Source: Eledone cirrhosa (lineage: Eukaryota). Taken from it: a DNA stretch of 64,000 bases. Location: assembly GCA_964016885.1 (NCBI GenBank), contig OZ024745.1, positions 68,696,001-68,760,000 on the forward strand. Direction: 5' to 3'. Made by a program: the position numbers and the translations under genes. Below the pieces are notes generated by a model, which saw nothing but the letters and a program-made list of their open reading frames with translations, did no database searches and had not been told where the DNA came from. Positions 52,446-63,664 of the stretch are shown here, piece after piece (position 1 is the first letter of the stretch; each line of letters opens with the position of its first letter).

Positions 52446-53045
52446 GTTTTCTTATTTAGGCACAAAGCCAGCAATTTTTTGGGGGGAGGAGTCGATGAAA
52501 TGGACCCCAGTGCGTGACTGGTACTTTATTTTATCGACCCCATAAGGATGAAAAGCAAAGTTAACCTTGGTGGGATTTGAACTCAGTCCGTAAGGGGACG
52601 TAACTGTGCTGCAAAGCATGGCATCCGACCCTCTACCGATACTGCCAATCCATAATAATAATAATAGTGGTGGCACTCAATGAACAAACTCTAAATCTTT
52701 CCGCCTAACTGACAAAGTAATTAAACCAGACTTGAAGTGTAATTTGCCAGCAATTAACATGTGACAAGAAAGCCAACTTGCTTATATTAGCATATAACAC
52801 ATAATTTGCATGTCTCATGCAACACCAAACTAACATACTGATTTTACTTCTTAATTGTCTGGGGAAAAAAAAATCTGTTATTTTTCTTGGGATTATCATG
52901 CTTTGCAGCACAGTTATGTCCCTTTATGGACTGAGTTCAAAACCCGCCGAGGTTAACTTTGCCTTTCATCCTAAGGGGTCGATAAAATAAAGTACCAGTA
53001 ATACACTGGGATAATTGCTGGCCTTGTGCCAAAAGTAGAAACAAT
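52446..53045. mobile_element. Inverted pair of family A SINEs (minus 52446-52652, plus 52897-53045)
   Basis: Family core and tail in opposite orientations about 245 bp apart. Confidence 0.88.
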
Positions 53046-53060
53046 TATTATAAAGGTGGG

Positions 53061-53301
53061 TTGGAGAGGAGAATGGTGCCCTCCTAGGGTGCTGTTGGAG
53101 CATTGGATGATTTAGGATTGGTGGGTTTTTAAGTCACCCTTGGGGGATCCACCCCTCCTATTGGGGGATTTCATTGTTCTATTAGTATTGTTATTTGTTA
53201 AATATATTTTACTCGATTCTTCTTTTCTGGAAACGCTCACTATCCCAGTTTTTGTAATGTGCCCTATATGTTGACCCTTGTGGCCAATAAAAAAAATTAT
53301 T
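53061..53301 (+). mobile_element. 3'UTR fragment of an unassigned LINE with (ATT)n tail
   Basis: Ends CCCTTGTGGCCAATAAAAAAAATTATTATT and is flanked by TSD ATTATAAAGGTGGG. The same 3' end occurs on the minus strand at ~24870-24925. Confidence 0.65.
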
Positions 53302-53937
53302 ATTATAAAGGTGGGTTTGGCCTTGTGCCAAAAAGTAGAAACAATTATAAAGGTGGGTATTGGCAGAATTGGTAAAACACCAGAGAAATAAATGATATTA
53401 TTTATTTCATTTCTTTTGTTGAGTTCAAATATCATTGATGTCATCTTTACCTTTCCTCCTTTCAAGATTGATACCAACATTTTTTTCAACATCTGTATGC
53501 CCTTCCTTATGCCAACCAACTCACAGAGTTTATTGGGTGCATTTTATCATTTACACATTATAGAGTGTACTGGATACATTTTATCAGGGCAGCAACACTA
53601 ACACTTAGTTTGCATTGGGCCAACTTTGATTTTCATCCCACCAAAGTTTGAAATAAAATAGCTGTCAAGCATGTATGTATATGTGGGTATATATGTGGGT
53701 GAGTGTATGTGTTCATAAAAGAGTGTGCATAAGATTTTGTCTTTATATTTTAATAGATCTCCGAGTGGATAATGTACTAATATATCTTGTCCTTTCATTG
53801 AGATGTTTATATATTAAAGACAATTAACTTTATAGAGTTATAAATTAATATAAAGAGTCAAGACCTGACAGCTGAGCTCTTGCCTTTTCTCTCTCCCCCT
53901 CCTCTCTCTCTGTATGTATATGTATATATATATATAT

Positions 53938-54365
53938 ATGGCTTAGTGGTTAGAGCATTGGGCTTGCAATGGAAAGGTTGTGAGTTCAATTCTCGGACTG
54001 GGTGATGTGTTGTTTGACACTTTATTTCACATTACTCCAGTTTACTCAGCTGTAGAAATGGGATGATAGGGACTTGGGTCCCTATCATTCCACTGCAAAG
54101 TGGTCGTGGAGGTGCCACGGCAAAAAAGCACCCAGCCCACACTGTAAAATGGATGTGTAGGCACTACGGAAAAAAAGCACCCAGCACTCACTGTAAATGA
54201 GGTTGGTGTTAGAAAAGGCATCCAGCTGTAGAAATCAAGCCAGAATCAGTTCCCATATGAGCAAAACAAGGTCAACCGACCGGACACTGCCCACCACAGG
54301 ACAACCTGTCTAACCCATGCTAGTGTGGAAGAACTGAGGTAAAACAATGATGATGATGATGATGA

Positions 54366-54368
<3 letters not shown>
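53938..54368 (+). mobile_element. Full-length tRNA/CORE SINE with RTE family B 3' tail
   Basis: A box TGGCTTAGTGG, B box GAGTTCAATTC, CORE-like block, then ~280 bp highly similar to 841-1110. (GAT)n tail; inserted in (TA)n. Confidence 0.92.
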
Positions 54369-54429
<61 letters not shown>

Positions 54430-54433
<4 letters not shown>

Positions 54434-54803
54434 TTTCTGAATTTGTTTAGCAAGATTCTTTATCTGAAAACGTGTCTTGAAACCGATATTGTTATGCTTT
54501 GGGAGGGTCATGTTGCCAATAAGAAACACACGCACCAGTTGCTTTCACTTCAATTCATTATAAATTAAATTTATAAATTTTCGGTTGGCTTGTTGGTTCC
54601 AGTGACTAGGGATTATAAATAATCCTCAGTCACTGAAGAGGTCACAGAATGTGTGATGAAAGAACTTTGACAATATATGAACAATCGTCTGGTTGGGGAA
54701 CAAACCAGTCAACCGGAAATTTATAAATTTAATTTATAATGAATTGAAGTGAAGGCAACTGATGCATGTGTTTCTTATTGGCAACATGATCCTCCCAAAG
54801 CAT

Positions 54804-54811
<8 letters not shown>
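54430..54811. mobile_element. Penelope-like inverted-repeat element with a degenerate HHR
   Basis: ~115-bp inverted arms at 54486-54600 and 54696-54811. The spacer contains GTCA-CTGAAGA-G-GTCACA gaatg TGTGAT-GAAA-GAACT-T-TGAC (54629-54671). (TA)n flanks. Confidence 0.75.
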
Positions 54812-54851
<40 letters not shown>

Positions 54852-54924
54852 TCAATTGAAGAAACTTGGTTGATTGAAAATCTGCTGACTTATTTTTAAC
54901 AGCACTCCATGGTTTTTTATTATA

Positions 54925-55262
54925 ATAATAAACAAGAAAGATGGTTTCATTTGTACATCTCTATTTACTTATACGCATTTCATAGACGTATGGCAGTTGT
55001 ATAACAACTGCCCTACGTGTTCTCTTCAGACAAAACTCCAAACGAGATGTAAATATCCATTGATATGTTACCGGTCATACTTCTTATTCCCTTCACCAAC
55101 CAGTAAGCATATTACCGGTAACATATCAATGGATATTTACTTCTCGTTTGGATTTCTGTCTGAAAAGAACATGTAGGGCAGTTATACAACTGCCATACGT
55201 CTTTGAAATACGTATAACAAACTAAATAGGGATGTACAAATGAAACCATCTCTCTTGTTTAT

Positions 55263-55266
<4 letters not shown>
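54925..55266. mobile_element. Penelope-like palindrome with one degenerate HHR per arm
   Basis: ~155-bp inverted arms at 54925-55080 and ~55107-55266. Plus-strand HHR at 55156-55221, minus-strand HHR at ~55034-54968. Confidence 0.75.
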
Positions 55267-55295
<29 letters not shown>

Positions 55296-56189
55296 GTGTA
55301 TATATTTATACATATATATATAACACATACACACACATTTATTACACAACCCGTGCTACCATGGTAAAGCAGATGTTAATTGAAGATGATGATGATATAT
55401 CCTAAGTGACAGTGAGTAGAATAGTGAAAGTAGAATAGTAAAGTTTGTTTTGTTATTATTATGTTACTTTTCATTTTACAATTTGTTTTTTCCTCAAAGT
55501 GTAAGGGTTTTAAACTAGTAGTTAGTTTGTCTCTGAATGTTGGAAACCTGCCAGGAATGGTATGAATAAGGGAATGGAGATTAAGTATGTCAATAGCAGG
55601 CACACAGACTAAGTTTGTCTTCTTAAATGTTTGTTGTTCCACTTGGCACTGATAAAAAAATTATAAAAAATAAAATAAAAAAATAAAAAAAAATAAAATA
55701 AAAAATAATAAAATAAAATAAAAATTAGTCAATGAATAACTAAATAAATAAAATTAAAAAAAAAGTTTAACAATAGAAGTGCCAACTTGTTTGTGAATTC
55801 ACCTAAAATATATACATAAATAATTCAATTCCAAGTTTTTTATAAACCCAAACTAAAAAGATAAAATCCAGAAATTCTGTTGTCATTTTTTCTCTCTCTC
55901 TCCTATCTTTCTTTCAAAAACGTGCTGCATGCTATGAAATTAAATCATTATTATATAACTTTGCCTTTCATCCTTACGGGGTCGATAAAATAAAGTACCA
56001 GTAATGTACTGGGTAATTGCTGGCCTTGTGCCAATAGTAGAAACAATTATTATATGATTTATAATAAAGAAAATTGATTTAATATTATATATGTATTTAT
56101 ACATATAGGGCAGTGCCCCAGCATGGCCTCAGCCAAATGGCTGGAACAGGTAAAAGAGTAAAAGAATCTCTCTATATATATATCAGTGT

Positions 56190-56530
56190 GTGTGTGTAAG
56201 GCAGAGCTTGGATGAACTGAGGGAGAAACTGGGTTTAAGAGGAATCAGAAGTAGTGTGCATTGGAACACACATGTGATGTATACATGGATGATGGTCGCT
56301 GGGTGAAAATGTTCCAAGAAATCCCAGTGGAAGGAAGCGACAGTAGAGGTTGACCTAGGAAGATCTGGGCAGTGGTGGTGAGAGCTGATATCAAATCTCT
56401 GAGACTCACAGACTCACTCTCGGAGACGACAAAGGAAAGTAATGAGTGGAGAGATACCGTGCCATGAAGGACCCATCCAACCTATGTAAACATTGAAAAA
56501 TGGACCTTAAAACGATGATGATAATGATAC
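56190..56530 (+). mobile_element. Old RTE ORF2 3' fragment
   Basis: QSLDELREKLGLRGIRSSVHW..H...G*PRKIW..VV.ADI; RTE-type tail. Confidence 0.75.
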
Positions 56531-56899
56531 ATATATATATATATATGCACACATAAGGTTGTTGGGATAGAGAGAATACCATGATGTCCAGAATCCTTAG
56601 AGATAAATGGATACACTGGTTCTCACCTGACTCTTACTTTTGGCTATGAGATCTTTCTCAGCAACTTTATGGTAACTGTTTCTGTTGAAAGGTTAAACTT
56701 AGTGAATAACTGATGGTTTGGAGAAAAGGTGGGCACCATTAAGCCTTTTTAAGGCTCATAGAAATGCCATGATGGACACACAGTCAAAATAAAACATGCC
56801 AGACTGATCAAAGATTGAAAAACCAACTACTTTGCTCTCTGCTGCCGTTTCCTAGAGTGGAGGCAACCAATGTACAACTTGGATAATAATAATGACACC

Positions 56900-58575
56900 C
56901 ACATCGACAACCTTCTCTCCAAAGAAAATATTATCTTCACGACATGGAATGACCATACCCTGTATGATTGTAGATGAACAGAAGAACTTACACACAAATT
57001 TACCAGATTCATATGGATTATCTTATGGTTGGCTGAAGTCAGGTAGACTGGATTAGGTTAAACAACTACAGATGAAGGTCATGAATGGTGGTTCTGTGGA
57101 GATGATACTAAGCATCAGCATGGAATGGGCTTTATTGTTAACTAAACTAGAGTGAGCACAGACATGAACTGTACAACCAGTATCTAAGAGGATTACCACT
57201 GTACCTGTGGCTACAAAACCACAGAACATTACCTTCAAAAGCAATCCATTGCCTCTGTCATTAAGGACAAAACAGACTCACTTCTCACAGAAGAGACTCT
57301 TATTATCAGAAGATAGTTTGAGTATTGCAAAGACTACAATCTCAGAGTTGACAGCAACTGGATAAATTCCACCAACAGTACTAACTTAGATATACTCCAA
57401 TTCTCTAAGAAGTCATAGAGGCAGTATGCATACTTAAAGACAGATAATCCCCAGGACTGGATAACACCCCATCAGACCTCCTAATACATGGGGGCGGGGG
57501 AATTCATCAAGGCACTAACAAAGATATAGGAAATGAAACAGGGACCAAATCATTGATAATAACCATTCCCAAAAAAGGCAACTTAAGACTTTATCAGAAT
57601 TAAATAACCATAAGTATAATTAGCCACCCCAGCACTGATAAGAGATCCGTTAAACAGATTGAAAAGGAAGACCACTGTTTGAAAAATGTCTGCAGCACCA
57701 ATCTCATCTTTATCATAACCAGATCAACTTAAAAAAAGCCTTTGATCATGTTTGATGCAAGGGTTTGTAGCAAGTTATGAGGGATTACAATTTTGGTAGC
57801 AACCTCATCCAAGTAATCCAATCACTGAAGGAAAACAATGTAATTCTTTTGAATAACAGCATCAGAGATTTCTTCAAGGTAACAATTGAAGTTCAACAGG
57901 GATGCGTCTTCTCCCCAGGGCTTTTCAACATTTTCATGGAGAACATCATCAAAAGACACTCCAAGACTTACATATCTCTGTTTCCATTGGAGGATGGCCC
58001 CTTTCAAGCCTGTGCTTTGCTGATGATATTGACTTGTTGGAAATGAGTTCACCACCAGACTGTAAAAAGAGATCAGCTTAGAAAAGAGCAAAATGCTTGT
58101 TAATAGTTATAACCAGAATACTGCAACCAGCAGCATGCTGAATGGAGGAAATCTTTTAAGAGGTGGATAACTTCAAGTACCTAGGGTCCACTTTGACCAT
58201 GCATGGCTGGCAGATCAGTAAAAGTCATAAAAACAAGACTCAGTCTGGCCTTTTCTGCAAAGATCACATGGAAAAGCAGCTTCATTAGTTTTCCAAGAAA
58301 TTTTAAATTGCACAAGTCCCTGGTGTCTTCGAGTCTTCTGTATGTGTATTTGGACTGTTACAGGAAGAAGGCAGGTATTTGAGCACAATTGCTCCAGAAA
58401 GTTGCTACACATCCCGTACACAGAGCACAAGATATAAAACTTTGCCAGGCTGCAAGTCAACAAATAGATGTTAGCAGGCAGGAACCAAATCCTTGTGGTA
58501 GTACAAAGTCAGAAGCTTGCCTGCTATGGTCACATATCCCTCCACAAGTTTTTTTCAGGGCACAGCTGAAGGAGG

Positions 58576-58613
<38 letters not shown>

Positions 58614-58720
58614 AGGACCAACAGCATTAAGGAATGTACCGTCGCTTTTCTGGACATGGCACGGGATAGAAACCAGTTGCGATTGCCCACTGCAGAAACG
58701 TCTAGAGTTGTATCCTAATG
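56900..58720 (+). mobile_element. Heavily degraded, internally deleted RTE-like LINE (APE and RT remnants)
   Basis: Motif remnants in the expected order: TWN, GLAEVR, KHQHGMGFIV, PGLDN.P..LL, IPKKGNLR, LKKAFD, VQQGCVFSPGLFNIFME, FADDIDL, FKYLGS. Many stops and frameshifts. Confidence 0.82.
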
Positions 58721-58929
58721 ATTGGCTACACCAGTTGCAGGAATTTCACACACTCACATATATATACATGCACACATACATCGCCATTGAAAACAGATCC
58801 ATCCATGAGATGAGTAAAAGCCTGTGTTTGTAATTTCTTAGTCATCAGTGATGTGTGTTGTCTGACAACAAAGGGAAGGTAATCATGTTTTAAAGAAAGA
58901 TGGTCTATAGCTGGAAGACAGCAAAGGAA

Positions 58930-59130
58930 AAGCAGAGAAAGAGGGAGAGAAAGTGGGTGAGAGAGAGGGGTAGAGAGGGGGAGATGGGGGAAATAGAGAG
59001 GGGAGAGAAGGGGAAAGTGAGAGAAGGGAAAAGTGAGAGAGTGGGTGAGAAGGGGAAAGAGAGAGAGTGGGTAAGAAGAGGAAAGAGAGAGAGTGGGTAA
59101 GAAGAGGAAAGAGAGTGGTAAGAAGGGGAA

Positions 59131-59169
<39 letters not shown>

Positions 59170-59170
59170 T
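58930..59170. repeat. Polypurine GA-rich low-complexity tract
   Basis: Direct reading. Confidence 0.9.
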
Positions 59171-59910
59171 TTAATCATTCGCTGAATAAATGAAAGGGGT
59201 GGGATACAACAGAAAACGTATTTGTGTATTGGATATCCGTCAGTTCCAACGACGAGTGTTTCTGTCAAAATCAATGTTCTAATGGGGCGAAGCTGGACCT
59301 TTGAATTACAACAACTTATTTTTCCAGCTGAGTGAACTGGTGTAGCGTGAAATAGAATGTCTTGGACGTTCAGATGATTGAACAACAGAATGCTCATCGT
59401 TAAAATGGACAGAAGTTCCATCATCATCATCATCATCGTCATTATCAACTTGTTTAATAAGATATTTCATTTTTATCTGTCCTCCGGAGCCGCGAGGCAG
59501 CCAGCGCGTGGGCCCCATTTGCTCATAATAGTGAGAGATGGGGAGAACGGAAGAGACAGAGGCAGTGACAGTGGAAGTTTGGTTCCTTTGTGTTCGGACC
59601 TGGTGTATATGTATATATTTATTTGCCACACCACATGTTAAATATATATACAGATCTTATCTTTCCAGTTGTTGTGGAAATAACATTACACATATTGATG
59701 GAAACATAAAAGGAAAAGAGAAAAAAAGGGTAAAAATCAAAACCAAGCAACGAAGAGAGGGGCGGAAGGGGTAAAGAAGGGCAGATCTGGCTGTATAGAA
59801 CAGTTGAGGAAAGGGCTATAAATGCTATAAATGAGAGGAAAAGGAGGGAAAAAAGCAAGGACTATGAGAACACGGAAGAAAGGGGGGGGGGAGGGTGATA
59901 GGTTCTATGC

Positions 59911-60042
59911 CTACGACATAATTGCAAGGGCATTTCCGCGGATAATGTCCAGCGACACTCGCTGCAACAGCCACTCCACCTTTCGGGGTTCCTTCCTCAG
60001 ACGGACTGCTGACGATTCGATTTTACGGAGGAACTCGGCAGT
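59911..60042 (-). mobile_element. CRE-clade-like non-LTR retrotransposon C-terminal fragment
   Basis: The minus frame reads TAEFLRKIESSAVRLRKEPRKVEWLLQRVSLDIIRGNALAIMS*, resembling the ..FL.......PR...WL.QR(L/V)S..I.RGNA..I C-terminus of CRE-type RLE elements. Not in the ORF track. Confidence 0.7.
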
Positions 60043-60097
60043 TTAATTGTAATTTGAGGAAAGACAGACAATAAAGTGACAACATATAAAGTTCGCG

Positions 60098-60160
<63 letters not shown>

Positions 60161-60377
60161 GATACAGATTTTCTGCCCTACGATTAAACTTTTATCGTTT
60201 TCACAGCAAAACTTTAAACGTAGGGTAGACAATCGTTATACTATTCAACTTTCCGGAAGTAACGAGTATAAAGTTGAATAATGGTTTCACTGGTTTTAAA
60301 CAGTAACATCTCATCTATTCACAAACACACATACACTCAATATATATGTGTATATATTATGTATGTATGTATACATG

Positions 60378-60416
<39 letters not shown>

Positions 60417-61150
60417 ATTTATAATATACACACACATGTATATGTCCTGTATTAAAGGTGAACATCGTGACATGAAACCAACCTAACGATCTCCACAAAC
60501 CCAAACGCGTGAAAACATCTAATGACCACCTAAGTTATCCTATACAAAGTACACAAAACACACTAAAAAAAAAAATTATAACAATTAGGCTCACAATAAC
60601 CACATCTAGAGCATACTCCTATGCATAACAATAACAACAACCCACTCTAATTACTGGTGCTGTGGCGACAGACGTCAATTTGCAGTCAGGTTTAAACGTG
60701 GTTTCTGCATGGAATCGAATGGACCTCTCAGTTTTAACGATGAGTGTTTCAGTTGTTTGATCAAAGGAAACAGACTACCATGACATTAAGGTCTAAGTGG
60801 CTGAGTATTCCACATAAACGTACAACTTTATGTGACATGGATGTCTGTAGGAATTACTAGTACAGTTCACCCGACAGACTTCTGAACAGTTTCCAATTAC
60901 CCAGTGGATACCATAGCCTCGGGTGGATCCGTACCTCACAAGGCATGGATCCACCAAAGGCTACGGTAAACGGCACTTGCGAATGATACCATTGAGTAAG
61001 ATCGAACCTGGAACCTACTGATTTATCAAATAACCAATACACACACACACACAACACCACGCCAATAAAATAAAAAAAGAAAACACTTGACACTAAGATG
61101 TATATATATATATATAAGAATATTTTCGAAACAGCGAGTGGGTTTGAAAT

Positions 61151-61214
61151 TATTAGAAATGTAGGCTATCGCCGTACTTTAGTCAAAATACGGCGATAGC
61201 TTACATTTCTAATA
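61151..61214. other. 26-bp near-perfect hairpin between (TA)n tracts
   Basis: TATTAGAAATGTAGGCTATCGCCGTA, 12-nt loop, TACGGCGATAGCTTACATTTCTAATA (one G-T pair). Confidence 0.9.
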
Positions 61215-61732
61215 TATATATATAGAGAGAGAGAGAGAGAAATGACTTCCACAGGGCTAAAATTGTTTCATTTGTGTGAATAATCAGGAATGGACATATT
61301 TTCTTGATGATTTCAGAATTGAGTACCTTGTTTTTGTTTGACTGTGGTCACCTCCCGATCCCCTTCGGGAATCTACCTATTTTAAATATTTAAGTTGCAA
61401 AGCATGTTTTTCAGTTTAGTTTAGTTTGAATGATATATAAACCAAAAAGATCGATACAGACAGATAGACAGACAAACAGATTTACACATATAGCACTTGG
61501 AAGAATGTGTGTGTGTTCTTAGAGAAACACGCATTTGTGAAAGAGCAGGCACGAACAGCAATGGAAAGGGAAGATAAGCCAATAAGACTATGATTTTAAG
61601 GCTGAAGGGAAATTCTGATAAACAAAAATAAAAGTATTTCTTTTCTTTTAAAATATTTGTTTTTTCATTTCTTCTGTTTTGTTAGATTTAAGAATATCTT
61701 GTACCCTACATGTAGATGTATATATCCGTAAG

Positions 61733-62200
61733 CCAGGACCGGCGCTACCATTAGGCCACCTAAGAAATCACTTAAGGTACATACCTCCATAAGGCACTTT
61801 AATGAATAAAAAAAGAATAACAGTTTTTATACAATATATGTATAATTTCTGAGGGATTTATAAATCGCTAAACATCTTTGTCGCTTAGCAGCGTTGTGGA
61901 AAATATCCAAAGCGATGGAGATGGTGTAATGAATTAGTGTGGGGGAGTGTAAACCGGGGAGTACAAAATGCAGGTTTGGTAATATTTTTAAGAGTGATCA
62001 GAGCAAGAAGTGCCAAAAACTAGCTTCGCCAGCTTCCCAAATTATGAGTTGAAAGTATTTTATTTTGGTTTACAACTGGGAGAAGGGGACGTATAATATA
62101 GAACTAGCCTAGTGCACTTGATTCTCAGACACCGTAGAAATAGGGCACACATTGAAGGGCAACTCTAGGATATAGGCTAAATACCAAGGTGTTGGCTCTA
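61733..62200. mobile_element. hAT-like non-autonomous DNA transposon
   Basis: Starts CAGGACCGGCGCTACCATTAGG; right end CTAAATACCAAGGTGTTGGCTCT is shared with 21498-21860. Confidence 0.45.
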
Positions 62201-62286
62201 CTCACTATATAAACAAATATATAAGATTTACATGTATATACATAAATGTGTCTCTCAGTCTCTCTCTCTCTTTCCACACACTATGT

Positions 62287-62327
<41 letters not shown>

Positions 62328-63664
62328 CATTGGCATCTGTGCCTCTGGAATCAAATCCATCTTTGCTTAACCTTTTCTTCTGCTTTATTATGTATGGAGT
62401 TTTATTTACACCGCTGTAAAACAAATCACAAATCACACATAAACACATTACTACTGCAGCCACTACTCGCAATGGAGTATGACTTGGTAGCGTGTCTCAT
62501 GCTTTCGCGAGCATATAAAGACAATGTCGACCCTCTAGCATTTGATCCAGCGGAACATTCCAGATGTAACAGCTGGAAGGGGATGTTACTGCACCAGTAC
62601 TGGGATAGAACAGTCTTTATTGAACCCCAAAGTATGAAAGGCAAACTGGACTCGGTGGGAATTGGACGTAGAACGCAGAGACCAAGAACACTCTAACAAC
62701 ATTGTCAAATTGATCGTTTTACACACATATTTATACACGTGTGTGTGTGTAATCACCCACTTTAACACAACCACCAGGTCCTTGAGTGGCTACAAAATCA
62801 TTCCGAGGCCCTGCAGAAGGTCATGGGCACCAACTTTATCTAAGTAATGGGGAACACATAGACACATATGTTATTATAAAACGAGGTTAGCTGTGCTTTT
62901 CGTCGTTACAGGGTCGATAGAATAAAGCACCAGTAATGCAATGTGTCGATTTAATATACTTTCTCCTCCCCCCAAAATTGCTGGCCTTGTGCCTATAGTA
63001 GAAATCATTATAAAACAGAAAGTCTATAAGTTGAATAATGGTCGAACTAGTAATATCGTATCTATTTATCTACACAAACAAAGACACACACACATGTATG
63101 TATATACAGAGAGAGAGAGAAAGAGGGGGTGTTCAAAGAGAGAGAGAGAAAGAGAGGGTGTTCAAAGAGAGAGAGAGAGAAAGAGAGGGTGTTCAAAAAG
63201 AGAGAGAGAGGGGGTGTTCAAAGAAAGTGTGCACACGATGTTATGAAAGGGAGATCTGTTTACTTTTTTAGACCGTGTTCTATATATTCTGAATGTAATA
63301 ATTGTATATATTTCCCAAACAGGCTGTTATTGATCGTGTAAATATATATATATATCACACGTGTGCGTTTGTGTATATATATATATATATATCACACGTG
63401 TGTATTTGTGTATATATATATATATATCACACGTGTGTATTTGTGTATATATATATATATATCACAGGTGTGTGTTTGTGTATATATATATTACACACAA
63501 CATATATATATATACAACAGTTAACAAAAGATGACACATGCTTATTTTGCTTTGGCCAGAGTTTACTTTCGAAGGAAAAACTGTTTGGCGCCAGGAAATG
63601 ACGAAACAGTGGCTTCTTCTATGTGTACACACGCACACACACACACACACACACATATATATTG

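Noticed and set aside
59975-60005. Hammerhead-like CTGAGGA..GAAA on the minus strand
   Set aside because: No stem I/III or UH site, and it lies within the CRE-like coding frame, so it is a chance match.
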